Shown piece after piece: positions 48,482 through 57,884 of a stretch of DNA of 64,000 bases; the first letter of the stretch is position 1, and each line of letters starts with the position of its first letter. The notes beneath the pieces are model-generated. The model saw only the letters and a program-made list of their open reading frames with translations. It made no database searches and had not been told where the DNA came from. The DNA lies in the NCBI GenBank assembly GCA_016929645.1, contig JAFGIK010000031.1, positions 2,548 through 66,547 of the forward strand, written 5' to 3'. Source of the DNA: Candidatus Dojkabacteria bacterium. Its GTDB lineage: Bacteria; Patescibacteriota; Dojkabacteria; SC72; JAFGCJ01. The position numbers were made by a program, and so were the translations under genes.

Positions 48482-49331
48482 GAAGTCATTATATAATAAA
48501 AATGTAATTATGTCGGTCAAAACAATCCTGGGAAAAACAAATAATCCGGGAAAGTGTTTGTTGGGCTCAAAGCACAGCAGCCTTTCAATATCTCCAACTT
48601 TTTTCTCAGATAAGGTTTCTATTTCGACACCAAGTTCAAATCTATTTCCAGTCCCCACGTCACATACAAAATCTATACTCGCATCAACCCAAGGCCAACT
48701 TGAAAAAGAACCAATAAGCACAGAAAAATCACAAGATGATATCCTGAACGAAAAATACAACAATATCTCTCAATTATTTTCAAAATGGGATAACATAATC
48801 ACATCAAAAAGTTTAATGAAATTTAATATTCACCCTTTTCTTGTCAAAATTTATGACAACTCACGGAAAAGAGTAGACTTTTTTCTAACGCATGAAATTA
48901 AAAGAGGATTGCGATATTTGATATACGAAGGAAAACCTGACAAAAAATTTGCAATAAGAGACATATATTATGACAAAAGATTAAACATACTTCATGCAAT
49001 TCTGGTCCATTTGAAATACGATCACAATAGACATGAACTCGATATGACTCCCAACCGCAGTTTTTGCAATAATGATAATCTGGGCAACAGGGATAACGAA
49101 ACTCAAAGTAACAGCGATCATTTCATGAAAAAGACCAAATGTACTAAAGACAAACAGATAATTATGGAAAATACCGGTTTTAATGAATTCAAGAAGGCCT
49201 ACGTATTCGAAGCTCAAGAAGATAAAGAACTTCCAAACTACGAAATCAAGGTTTTCTTGTATCAAAATTTAAGAAAACTCGTTGAGGCACTTTATCGACA
49301 TATCGGAGAATGCAGAAGCTTCAAATTTTAA
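48480..49331 (+). CDS. hypothetical basic protein. The start is uncertain: the first roughly 95 codons are antisense to the tatD upstream region.
   Basis: 283-aa ORF, Lys-rich in its C-terminal half (HEIKRGLRYLIYEGKPDKKFAIRDIYYDKRL). No recognisable motifs. Confidence 0.35.
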   Translation: MKSLYNKNVIMSVKTILGKTNNPGKCLLGSKHSSLSISPTFFSDKVSISTPSSNLFPVPTSHTKSILASTQGQLEKEPISTEKSQDDILNEKYNNISQLFSKWDNIITSKSLMKFNIHPFLVKIYDNSRKRVDFFLTHEIKRGLRYLIYEGKPDKKFAIRDIYYDKRLNILHAILVHLKYDHNRHELDMTPNRSFCNNDNLGNRDNETQSNSDHFMKKTKCTKDKQIIMENTGFNEFKKAYVFEAQEDKELPNYEIKVFLYQNLRKLVEALYRHIGECRSFKF

Positions 49332-49444
49332 AAGATGTTTTCCTTAAAGTTTATCCAATATGAAGTATTACGATTGTGACTAAAATTCAAGTTTCCCCGT
49401 TAATCATTTTAGATATATTAAATTAAGTTTTTTAGTAGTACTCA

Positions 49445-51007
49445 ATGAGTCCAACGTTAACTAGAAGGCAAGTTATTCAAAACTTAGCAATAGCTGCAAC
49501 AGTTATAGCAGTTGGTCCACTTTTGGGATGCAGTGCTGGAAATCAGAGCGAATCAGATAATAATACCGATCTTGATCTTTCAGGCTACCCTGATGATCTT
49601 AAATATTCTGTTGAAATGTTACCTGTTCAGAATGTTGAGGAAACATTACCATTTGTTACATTCAAGCTCAATATGGGTGGCGAAGATATAACATTTCGCT
49701 CAAGTTATACAGAAATTGCTCCCGAACAAGTCGTCTTAATAAGAAGAGTTGCTGAATGGTATGGTCAAACTTATGGTGCACCAAGAAATAAAATCATTAA
49801 TATAATGGGAAGTAGAGGAGAGTCAGCCTATTCATTGGTCCATACGTCAAACCAAACCTCTATGGGAAGTATATTCCTTATGCCATTGAACGAAATTCCT
49901 GATCCAGACACACAGGAATTTACAATTGCTGACGAACTATCAACAGCCCTATACGCAGATGAAGGATCAATGCCAAGTGAAACTTCAGCGCCTTCAGCCG
50001 CACTTTTTGCCGAAGGAATATCCAGATCTGATGCCATAATCTATTTTCTTGAAACTAAGAATTGGGCTATTAATGAAATCATTGCTAAATATCAAACACC
50101 TACCGGTAATATCGCCTTCCGGGAAATCTGCGATTATATGAATCCTTATATATTGTTTTATGATCAAAATGGAAATCCAATAACCGATCAATTCTTATTT
50201 CCTGTTCTTATGTCAATTCATGAGGGAAATGCATTCAGTATTATAGGATTAGCATTGTCTTTAGAAAATCTCGAATTGGGTGAAGCCTTCACTAGCATGG
50301 AACAGGAATTAAAAGCCAATTATATTGAAGAGATGTATCGTAACTTTGTTCAATCTCCAAACTGGAGTAAACGAATCATAGAAAAAAGACCCTTAATTAA
50401 TGACTATTGGAAATCTGAACCATCCAACCGATTACCAATAAAAGACTTTATGAAAGACCACCTCGGAATCGATGTAAATCTGTTATCTAAACTTTATCCA
50501 AGACTTTTTAGAGAAGGACCTGCTGAAAACCTTCCTTACCCAATGGCTTTAGCCGTTACTCTTCCGGATTATGTTGGAAACGATTCTTTTTACAGCGTAA
50601 GAACGATCTTAGTTGATAAAAATGATCACCTTGTTAATGTTCCTATGGGAGAAGTTACAGATTCGCCTGAAACAGCTGCACAGGAAGGACAGGAAGTAAC
50701 ACGTAAAATATTTCGCGCAACATGTGTAACTTTGGAATATATTGGATCTGACAATAATATCTATAGTATATCTACGTTGGGTACAGGAAAATCATTCGCT
50801 ATTAGTTTCGATAGGCTCAATCCAAAAATCTTCACAGGTAAAATTAGTGCAATATACACAGAGAATGTCGAAATTGAATTAAAAATAAAGCCAGGACAGC
50901 AAGAACTTAGTCTTATTGATATTGTAGATACATTGAATAACGTTCCAGATCAAGTAACCAAAATACCCGACACCCGTTTTGACTATAAAGCAGATCGAGT
51001 TATCTAA
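49445..51007 (+). CDS. putative Tat-signal lipoprotein (hypothetical secreted protein)
   Basis: N-terminal TRRQVIQNLAIAATVIAVGPLLGCSAG: a twin-arginine-like motif followed by a LLGC lipobox. GC content (about 40%) is above the local background. Confidence 0.55.
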   Translation: MSPTLTRRQVIQNLAIAATVIAVGPLLGCSAGNQSESDNNTDLDLSGYPDDLKYSVEMLPVQNVEETLPFVTFKLNMGGEDITFRSSYTEIAPEQVVLIRRVAEWYGQTYGAPRNKIINIMGSRGESAYSLVHTSNQTSMGSIFLMPLNEIPDPDTQEFTIADELSTALYADEGSMPSETSAPSAALFAEGISRSDAIIYFLETKNWAINEIIAKYQTPTGNIAFREICDYMNPYILFYDQNGNPITDQFLFPVLMSIHEGNAFSIIGLALSLENLELGEAFTSMEQELKANYIEEMYRNFVQSPNWSKRIIEKRPLINDYWKSEPSNRLPIKDFMKDHLGIDVNLLSKLYPRLFREGPAENLPYPMALAVTLPDYVGNDSFYSVRTILVDKNDHLVNVPMGEVTDSPETAAQEGQEVTRKIFRATCVTLEYIGSDNNIYSISTLGTGKSFAISFDRLNPKIFTGKISAIYTENVEIELKIKPGQQELSLIDIVDTLNNVPDQVTKIPDTRFDYKADRVI

Positions 51008-51111
51008 AGGGGTTAAAAAAAACTTATAAATTAAAGGCTTTTTTTAATAGTTGGGCTAACTGAGAGATAGACATAGAAAACAACGAAATATGAATCTGAT
51101 ATAATCGGAGG

Positions 51112-52131
51112 ATGGACGCATCCCAGATTAAAGAATTTCTTAATATTTTATTAATTTCTTTTGCTACTTCAGCAATTCTTTCACCAATTATTATTAATAT
51201 TCTTTACAATCGCGGTGTCATAGTTAGACATATTCTTCTAAAAGACAAATCTAATGAAGAATTCATTAAGCATCACAAACACAAGAGCGGGACACCCACA
51301 ATGGGCGGCTTTATAATCACAATCCCATTTATTGTTTTAAGTCTAATATTTATTCCAAACTCACCAACAAGAAACGTTTTCTTAATAGGATATTCATTAT
51401 TTGCTTTCTTTGGATTTCTTGATGAATTTATTGTTAAAGCTGTCAAAGCCAATATTTTTAATGAGAACTTCAGAAAATTTCAGGAATCTTTTGTCTGGAG
51501 ATTTGGAAAGGTCATCTTAATTTTCATAATCGGTCTCGTAATCGCATACTTAATGAACAAGATGATTGGAATTAAAGAGATTTTCATCACAAATTCATTA
51601 AAACTTCCTTTCTCCGGAATTTTTTTATTATTCTGGGCAGGACTGATCATCTTTGGCACTTATGGAGCAGAGATAACTGATGGCCTTGACGGACTGGTTA
51701 CAGGTTTATTCCTAATTGCATATCTAGCTTTCATTTTAATAGTAAATTTATCCGGCAACCCCGAGCTTAATAAATTTATTGCAATAATTATCGGAGCTTC
51801 ACTTGTCTATTTATATTTCAATATCACTCCAGCACGAATATTCATGGGGGGAGTAGGGGCAATGCCATTAGGGTTTGGATTAACATTCCTTGCAATCATA
51901 ACAAACAGCGTCATACCGTATCTTTTAATAACCATGGTTTTTTGGGGTGAACTTCTATCAAGTGCCATACAGATAATTTCGATTAGATTCTTCAAGAAAA
52001 AGGTCTTCAAAATCGCACCATTACATCATCATTTTGAATCCATTGGATGGAGCGAGGCAAAGGTTGTTCAAAGGTTCTGGCTTGCTGGTGTAGTAGGTGC
52101 GGTAGTTGGGTTGTGGTTGTTTGTCGTCTGA
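51112..52131 (+). CDS. mraY: phospho-N-acetylmuramoyl-pentapeptide transferase MraY
   Basis: TPTMGG, DGLDGL, and APLHHHFE. 10 TM helices. The stop TGA at 52129-52131 overlaps the repeat TIR. Confidence 0.85.
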   Translation: MDASQIKEFLNILLISFATSAILSPIIINILYNRGVIVRHILLKDKSNEEFIKHHKHKSGTPTMGGFIITIPFIVLSLIFIPNSPTRNVFLIGYSLFAFFGFLDEFIVKAVKANIFNENFRKFQESFVWRFGKVILIFIIGLVIAYLMNKMIGIKEIFITNSLKLPFSGIFLLFWAGLIIFGTYGAEITDGLDGLVTGLFLIAYLAFILIVNLSGNPELNKFIAIIIGASLVYLYFNITPARIFMGGVGAMPLGFGLTFLAIITNSVIPYLLITMVFWGELLSSAIQIISIRFFKKKVFKIAPLHHHFESIGWSEAKVVQRFWLAGVVGAVVGLWLFVV

Positions 52132-52457
52132 CCGAGACTCAGCTTCATGAAATTTTAATGTTTAGTTGAAGGAAAAAGCCCATGAAGTGCGCAAATTTTC
52201 AAAAAAAAATTTGGATATTTATTCATATCCAAAAAATCTTCAACAAAATTAATCAGGAATAACGAAAAAATTACCAACAAAACACGAACGTAGACCGAGA
52301 TTGCACAAACTGCACAACAAAAGAGAAAACTAAACAAAAGTTGAATCTATCCAATCATTTTTTGAAAATTTGCGTATCCTTATCTGTTAAAAGATTGGTA
52401 CGAAAGTGACAAATTACCATCATTTAATTAAAATTTCATGAAGCTGAGTCTCGGTCT
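52130..52457. mobile_element. MITE-like 328-bp element with 29-bp perfect terminal inverted repeats (gaccgagactcagcttcatgaaattttaat) and nested internal inverted repeats
   Basis: The left TIR at 52130-52158 is the exact reverse complement of the right TIR at about 52428-52456. Internal IR pairs: 52190-52206 with 52358-52374, and 52211-52232. There is no coding capacity. Confidence 0.5.
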
Positions 52458-52466
52458 TAAGCAAAC

Positions 52467-53816
52467 TCAAACATATTTCCTATCCTTCAATTCATCCGGC
52501 ATACATTGTTGGCCGCTTTTCTTACCCTCCACATCATGATCATATATATACCCCCGACCGTATCCTAAATTTTTCATTAAATCAGTCGGCGCATTCCTTA
52601 AGTGCATCGGGACAGGCAAATTTAGCGTCTCTCTTGCATCAGCCACAGCTTTTGCATAGCCAACATATGCAGAATTATCTTTTGGCGCTCTGGCAAGATA
52701 AACGGCAAGCTGGGCAAGATGAACATTGCACTCTGGCATGCCAATCTTCTCACAAGCCTCAAAAACAGAAGCCGCAAGAACTGTTGCCATTGGGTCAGCG
52801 TTCCCAATATCCTCAGCAGCAAAGCGAAACATCCGCCTTGCAACATAAAGTGGATCCTCACCAGCCTCAAGCATACGAGCTAACCAGTAAAGAGAGGCAT
52901 TTGCATCAGATGATCGCATAGATTTATGCAGAGCGGAGATGATATTGTAATGCTCTTCGCCTTTTTTATCGTAAAGCAAGGCTTTGTGCTGTAATGCATC
53001 CTCGACATTTTTTAATGAAATATTAATAGATTTATTAGAAACATCAGCGTTTTTGGAGCTTTTAATAGCAAGATCCACAGCCATCTCAATTGCATTAAGT
53101 AAAGTCCTTGGGTCTCCATTACTGCCTTGGATCAAATGATCTTGAGCCTTAGGATCTACTTTGATTTCATTAATTTTTAATGAATCGCAAAGATATGTGA
53201 TCGCTTTTTTTAATATTTCTTTAAGGTTGTCTTCTTTATGACGATTTAGTACAAACACTCGAGTTCGAGAAAGCAGTGCAGAATTCACCTCAAAAGACGG
53301 GTTCTCAGTAGTCGCACCAATCAAGATCAAAGTCCCGTCCTCCACATATGGCAAAAGAAAGTCCTGCTGAGCCTTATTAAACCTATGAATTTCATCAAGA
53401 AAAAGTATAGTGCGACGACCAGGAAACGCTTTTGCAGTAGTTTTCGCTATATCAACAATTTTTTTCACATCAGACTTACCACTATCAACAGCAGACAATT
53501 GGAAAAACTGAGATTTCGTAGAATTAGCAATTATACGGGCAAGCGTAGTTTTCCCGCATCCGGGAGGACCCCAGAAAATCATCGACTTCAGCGCATTATT
53601 CTCAATTAACTTGCGAATAGGTGCATCCGGGCCAACCAAATGCTCCTGGCCAACAAATTCATCCAGAGTCTGAGGTCTCAGACGTGCAGCAAGAGGCTGA
53701 GAGTTATCAATATCACTATTCGTATCTGATTGAGTTGAAGGAGCAGCAATATTTTCAGAGGGCTTTTTATCTTGACTTGAAAGGAAGGTTTGTTGATTAT
53801 CTAGTAATGAATTCAT
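52467..53816 (-). CDS. rarA: replication-associated recombination protein A (RarA/MgsA, AAA+), with an N-terminal low-complexity extension of about 45 aa
   Basis: [18 protein letters not shown]. Walker [18 protein letters not shown]. Walker [42 protein letters not shown]. Confidence 0.85.
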   Translation of the reverse strand: MNSLLDNQQTFLSSQDKKPSENIAAPSTQSDTNSDIDNSQPLAARLRPQTLDEFVGQEHLVGPDAPIRKLIENNALKSMIFWGPPGCGKTTLARIIANSTKSQFFQLSAVDSGKSDVKKIVDIAKTTAKAFPGRRTILFLDEIHRFNKAQQDFLLPYVEDGTLILIGATTENPSFEVNSALLSRTRVFVLNRHKEDNLKEILKKAITYLCDSLKINEIKVDPKAQDHLIQGSNGDPRTLLNAIEMAVDLAIKSSKNADVSNKSINISLKNVEDALQHKALLYDKKGEEHYNIISALHKSMRSSDANASLYWLARMLEAGEDPLYVARRMFRFAAEDIGNADPMATVLAASVFEACEKIGMPECNVHLAQLAVYLARAPKDNSAYVGYAKAVADARETLNLPVPMHLRNAPTDLMKNLGYGRGYIYDHDVEGKKSGQQCMPDELKDRKYV

Positions 53817-53978
53817 GAATATTTATCATATCACCGAACATAAACCGAAGCAAGAAAATGTATCAAAAAAAATTGAATGTTGTAAAGAAATTAATAATTG
53901 CAATAAAATATTGAAAATCAAACAGCATACATTAGAAATGTATACGTAATCCAAATACAGTAAGAATGGAAATCTACC

Positions 53979-54004
53979 GTATGCAATTTCTAGGAATTGC
54001 ATAC
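53979..54004. promoter_or_regulatory. Perfect 10-bp inverted repeat gtatgcaatt-N6-aattgcatac in the rarA upstream region
   Basis: Read directly from the sequence. It lies about 165 nt upstream of the rarA start (minus strand), in AT-rich intergenic DNA. Confidence 0.4.
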
Positions 54005-54150
54005 TAAAGAAAGCTTGGGCAAATATCGTCAATCTTAGTTAATACTCAAAAAAATAATAAACAAAACATAATTCAGCTGTTTAACTTATACATTACCGGA
54101 AATTATTCGATCAAAAAGACGCTAATTAGTCAGTATGATATAAAAAGAAA

Positions 54151-54198
54151 ATAAAAAAGCCCACAGCGATTTTCACTTAAATCGCCGTAGGCTTTTTT
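54151..54198 (-). terminator. Intrinsic terminator for the 54218-54958 gene. The minus-strand RNA forms a 14-bp stem (with two G-U pairs) and is followed by U6.
   Basis: The plus-strand sequence is aaaaaagcccacagcgattttcacttaaatcgccgtaggctttttt. On the minus strand it is fully paired. The hairpin starts 20 nt past the stop codon. Confidence 0.7.
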
Positions 54199-54217
54199 CG
54201 GGGAAAACTACCAAATT

Positions 54218-54958
54218 TTAGTGGGCCACCTCCCTCACAAGAAAACGATCAACCTTCCGAAGACTTTCCAGAGCGACAAATTGGAAAACAACTGCTGTTT
54301 TCTCTTCCTCTTCAAGTCTGGGATCACCATATGTAATGGGAATATCCTCTTGGGCACGCTCAATAGCGTGTCCAAGAACTTCGTGGATACCAGTGACAGT
54401 CTCCGCCTCAATAGGGGACATTGTATGCAACTTTCCATGTATGTCTGGCGTCTGCAACACAGGCTGTACAGAAGAGTCAAAGAAGGCCGACGCTATACCC
54501 ACTGTAACAATGCCATTCTTAACCCTAGTAACGCCGACATAGTAATTCAACTGATCAGGAAAATTTGTCGATCCCGACCATCCAGTTGAACTTTTGTTAT
54601 CGGCCACAACAGATAAGGATGGGGTATGATAAATGTATAGCGATCGAAGAAACGGCTTATCACTGCAGTATGCATCAATCAGCCAATACCACAACCCGGC
54701 ATCCACATCCTTCTGGGAATCATTTACTACTATAACAGGGCCACACTTGGTATCAATCTGTATCGCTGATCCAGGATCAACCCAATAAGGATCTCCAATG
54801 TCCAAAAAATCGGGATCAACAACGAGTCGAGTGGGGAGCAGAGAAAGATCATTATTATCTTGATAAGAGTTATACCCCCACAGAGCAAAGCCAACAACCA
54901 ATACAGCCAACCCGAGCCACAGCCACCAAGGCATCTTTGTCTTCCTCATCTTTTTCAT
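54218..54958 (-). CDS. membrane-anchored HExxH-motif protein (putative zinc metallopeptidase). Its GC content is atypical for this genome.
   Basis: N-terminal TM helix WWLWLGLAVLVVGFALWGY. C-terminal HEVLGHAIE. Local GC is about 45-50% against a background of about 30%. Several overlapping spurious ORFs in this stretch reflect the GC richness. Confidence 0.6.
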   Translation of the reverse strand: MKKMRKTKMPWWLWLGLAVLVVGFALWGYNSYQDNNDLSLLPTRLVVDPDFLDIGDPYWVDPGSAIQIDTKCGPVIVVNDSQKDVDAGLWYWLIDAYCSDKPFLRSLYIYHTPSLSVVADNKSSTGWSGSTNFPDQLNYYVGVTRVKNGIVTVGIASAFFDSSVQPVLQTPDIHGKLHTMSPIEAETVTGIHEVLGHAIERAQEDIPITYGDPRLEEEEKTAVVFQFVALESLRKVDRFLVREVAH

Positions 54959-55195
54959 TACGAACCTCCTTGAATCTACATGCTATTTTGGATTATAAAA
55001 GATCGTCGTTTGGCGACGCCCAATTATACCCTATAATAAAAAATATTCCTATATCCACATTTACACCACAACATCATTATGTTACAAATATAGAGGATTC
55101 CTCGTAATATTAATCGTGCTTGAATACGCACAACACTGAAAAAACAAGTGCAAATCAAGGCATAATTCAAGAAAATAATTTATAATAAACAACTC

Positions 55196-56155
55196 ATGCA
55201 ATTTGAAAACCCAAAAAAGTCCGCCGAATTTACAAAGAAAATCGAGCAGGCACACAGCAAAATCGCGTCCCTCGTAGACAACATTGAAACCGTCATCAAA
55301 GGCAAAAGAGAGATTATTGAAGATGTTGTCATGGTAATCGTGGCAAACGGCCACGTACTACTTAGAGACGTCCCTGGTGTAGGTAAGACTCTTCTTGCAA
55401 AGTCACTTTCCAAATCAATTAACACAAACTTTCGAAGAATCCAATTCACACCAGACCTTCTGCCAACAGATATCACAGGCGTTAACATTTTTAATGAAAA
55501 AAAACGAGAATTTGAATTCCAGCCAGGACCAGTTTTTACAAATGTGCTTCTAGCTGACGAGATCAATAGAGCCAGCCCTAAAACCCAATCCGCACTTTTG
55601 GAAGCCATGGAAGAGCGACAAGTTTCAATTGATAACGTAATTTATAAGTTGCCGAAATTTTTCTTTGTAATTGCAACTCAGAACCCAATAGAACATGCCG
55701 GAACCTATCCACTACCAGCAGCACAGCTTGATCGTTTCATGAAAAGATTATCAATTGGATATCCAGCAAAAGAAACTGAGCTTGAAATACTACAATTGCA
55801 TACGCAAAATATCAATCCTTTGGATAAACTTGAAGCAGTTGTAGATGAAAACGATATTATCTCCTGGCAGGAGACTGCTAACGAGATTTATACAGCACCA
55901 GAAATTGACAACTACATAATTGACCTTGCAAGAGCCACAAGGGAAGATGCACAAAGTGGATATGGCGTAAGTACAAGAGCTGCATTGTTATTAAAGAAAG
56001 CTGCTCGTGCAAGCGCCATGATTTCCAGCCGCGACTATGTCATCCCTGATGATGTTCATCGAGTTATAAAACAGGTATTTTCTCATAGAATCGGAGGAAG
56101 CGAGAAAGTGGGTGAAGCTGTAGTAGAGCAAATTATGACAAAGGTTACGATATAA
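55196..56155 (+). CDS. MoxR-family AAA+ ATPase
   Basis: LLRDVPGVGKTLLAKSLSKSI, LLADEINRASPKTQSALLEAMEE, and ATQNPIEHAGTYPLPAAQLDRF. Confidence 0.85.
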   Translation: MQFENPKKSAEFTKKIEQAHSKIASLVDNIETVIKGKREIIEDVVMVIVANGHVLLRDVPGVGKTLLAKSLSKSINTNFRRIQFTPDLLPTDITGVNIFNEKKREFEFQPGPVFTNVLLADEINRASPKTQSALLEAMEERQVSIDNVIYKLPKFFFVIATQNPIEHAGTYPLPAAQLDRFMKRLSIGYPAKETELEILQLHTQNINPLDKLEAVVDENDIISWQETANEIYTAPEIDNYIIDLARATREDAQSGYGVSTRAALLLKKAARASAMISSRDYVIPDDVHRVIKQVFSHRIGGSEKVGEAVVEQIMTKVTI

Positions 56156-56190
56156 GAGACCGAGACTCAGCTTAATGAAATTTTAATTAA
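56156..56190. repeat. Solo copy of the TIR repeat (gagaccgagactcagcttaatgaaattttaattaa) directly after the moxR stop codon
   Basis: It differs from the 52130 TIR by 1 nt. No partner copy was found before the downstream gene. Confidence 0.6.
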
Positions 56191-56207
56191 ACCCTTGAAA
56201 TGAACGA

Positions 56208-57884
56208 ATGGATTATATTTGTTTAGGAACAGTTTGCTGTTTGATGCCCGCAGTACTAGGGTCTATTCTTGCAACAATTATTGCAGCAATAATAAGAAGT
56301 AGAAAAAAGAAATTCGCAGTATCTGACACAATAGTAAATATCTGGAACTGGATAAGTATTGTTACATTCAGAAGCCTTGTCACACTTTTCTGGGCAGGAG
56401 TTTTTGCAATAATTGCATTGTCAGTCAAAGAACTGTCATTGTTTTCAACAATATCCGTTTTCCTCATTCTTATGACATTCTTCTTTGTTATGATATCGTT
56501 CATCTTTAAGATTTATTTATCAATTGGTCGAATTCTCCCATTTAATCAAAATTTCATGAAATCCACGATTAATCGTAAAGAGATAATGGAAAATGAAGCA
56601 GCAACTATTAATATCAAAATCGCAACAGGAATTCCACTCGGATTTATCCTAAAAATACGGGAAATATTGCCAGCCAAACTTGGTGGAGATTTACGTGGCA
56701 TTGCAACCTCAACAGAGAAAATGAAAACTGAATTCAACGCGACAATACCTATCACAAGACGAGGGCACTATATCATTGGTCCAACACATTTCCAATACCA
56801 GGATATTTTCGGATTCAGTCAAGTTAAAGTTCTAGATCAAACCAGGTTTGATCTAGTGATCATTCCACAAATTCCACAGATAAATAGATTTGATTTCAAA
56901 TTATCCGTAGATAAAGGTGATGAAAATCAGGAAATTCAAGCGACACTAAACACTGAAGATTATTTCAATCCACGTCCTTATGTCAGAGGGGACGATATAC
57001 GACGAATTCACTGGAAATTAACAGCCAAAACTGGAGAATTAATGATAAGACAGCCAGAAACGACAACCATTTCTTTCAAAAATCTCTTAATCATAATACT
57101 GAATACAACTCCAAGATTTTCCGCAACATCTCAAAATCCAGAAAAAAGTCGGTTTTCTATATCAAATGCACTTAATGCAAACAATCCAAATCCGCAACAG
57201 CCAATAATAGGAGGTACGTATCCAATTCCTTACTCAACAGCAGCAGAATACGCACTTGATACACAAGTAAGAATTGCAGCTGCAGTTATAGATTTTTCAT
57301 TAAGAAATCATTTACCAATCCAATTTGCATATTTTGAAAAAGGAAAACTTACTAGGTTCACACCACACATAGATGATCCTGGTGAATGGAAAAGGAAATT
57401 AGCCTCAATAAATCTTGAAAATATGCGTCTAGACACTGATCAAATTGTCCAGACAATCAAAGAGGAGAAAAACTGTATTATAACGACATCTGAAACATAC
57501 ATGCCATTTTTTGCACCAATAATAAGTCAAGCAATTGAGAGTAGGGCCTCAATTGAAGTAATGTACAGTCCAGTCTCAACTCAAATGAAAAAAATAGCAA
57601 AATATAATAAAGCTGACAAGAGATCTGCTTTTATTAAAATTATTGAGAAAATATTCCTAACCAAACCTTATTTTGAGCAACAAACTCTACAGGAAAAGGT
57701 ATATAATTTAATAACAAAGAGAGATACAAAATACTCAGATAACGATATTTTGAAAACTCAGGAGGCTGAAAGATCAGTGATTAATTCAATTGGCGGTGAT
57801 GCCATAAATCTTAGAAATTTTGATATTGATGATGAATATACAAACGATATTGAAAATATAGTTAACATACTTGAGAACGAATAA
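56208..57884 (+). CDS. DUF58-domain protein (MoxR partner) with an N-terminal membrane region
   Basis: Signature RGDDIRRIHWKLTAKTGELMIRQPE (DUF58 GDD.R.I.WK). N-terminal TM helices. Confidence 0.75.
   Translation: MDYICLGTVCCLMPAVLGSILATIIAAIIRSRKKKFAVSDTIVNIWNWISIVTFRSLVTLFWAGVFAIIALSVKELSLFSTISVFLILMTFFFVMISFIFKIYLSIGRILPFNQNFMKSTINRKEIMENEAATINIKIATGIPLGFILKIREILPAKLGGDLRGIATSTEKMKTEFNATIPITRRGHYIIGPTHFQYQDIFGFSQVKVLDQTRFDLVIIPQIPQINRFDFKLSVDKGDENQEIQATLNTEDYFNPRPYVRGDDIRRIHWKLTAKTGELMIRQPETTTISFKNLLIIILNTTPRFSATSQNPEKSRFSISNALNANNPNPQQPIIGGTYPIPYSTAAEYALDTQVRIAAAVIDFSLRNHLPIQFAYFEKGKLTRFTPHIDDPGEWKRKLASINLENMRLDTDQIVQTIKEEKNCIITTSETYMPFFAPIISQAIESRASIEVMYSPVSTQMKKIAKYNKADKRSAFIKIIEKIFLTKPYFEQQTLQEKVYNLITKRDTKYSDNDILKTQEAERSVINSIGGDAINLRNFDIDDEYTNDIENIVNILENE

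Noticed and set aside
48482-48763. N-terminal 94-codon extension of the tatD ORF as given in the ORF track
   Set aside because: TatD-family proteins begin with the DxHxH metal-binding motif, here MIDVHSH at the internal ATG. The extension has no conservation and overlaps a divergent ORF.
54221-54589. A cluster of overlapping ORFs (54221-54589+, 54235-54480-, 54336-54542+) within the 54218-54958 gene
   Set aside because: This is an artefact of locally high GC content, which gives fewer stop codons. The 246-aa minus-strand ORF has a TM helix, an HExxH motif and its own terminator, so it is the real gene.
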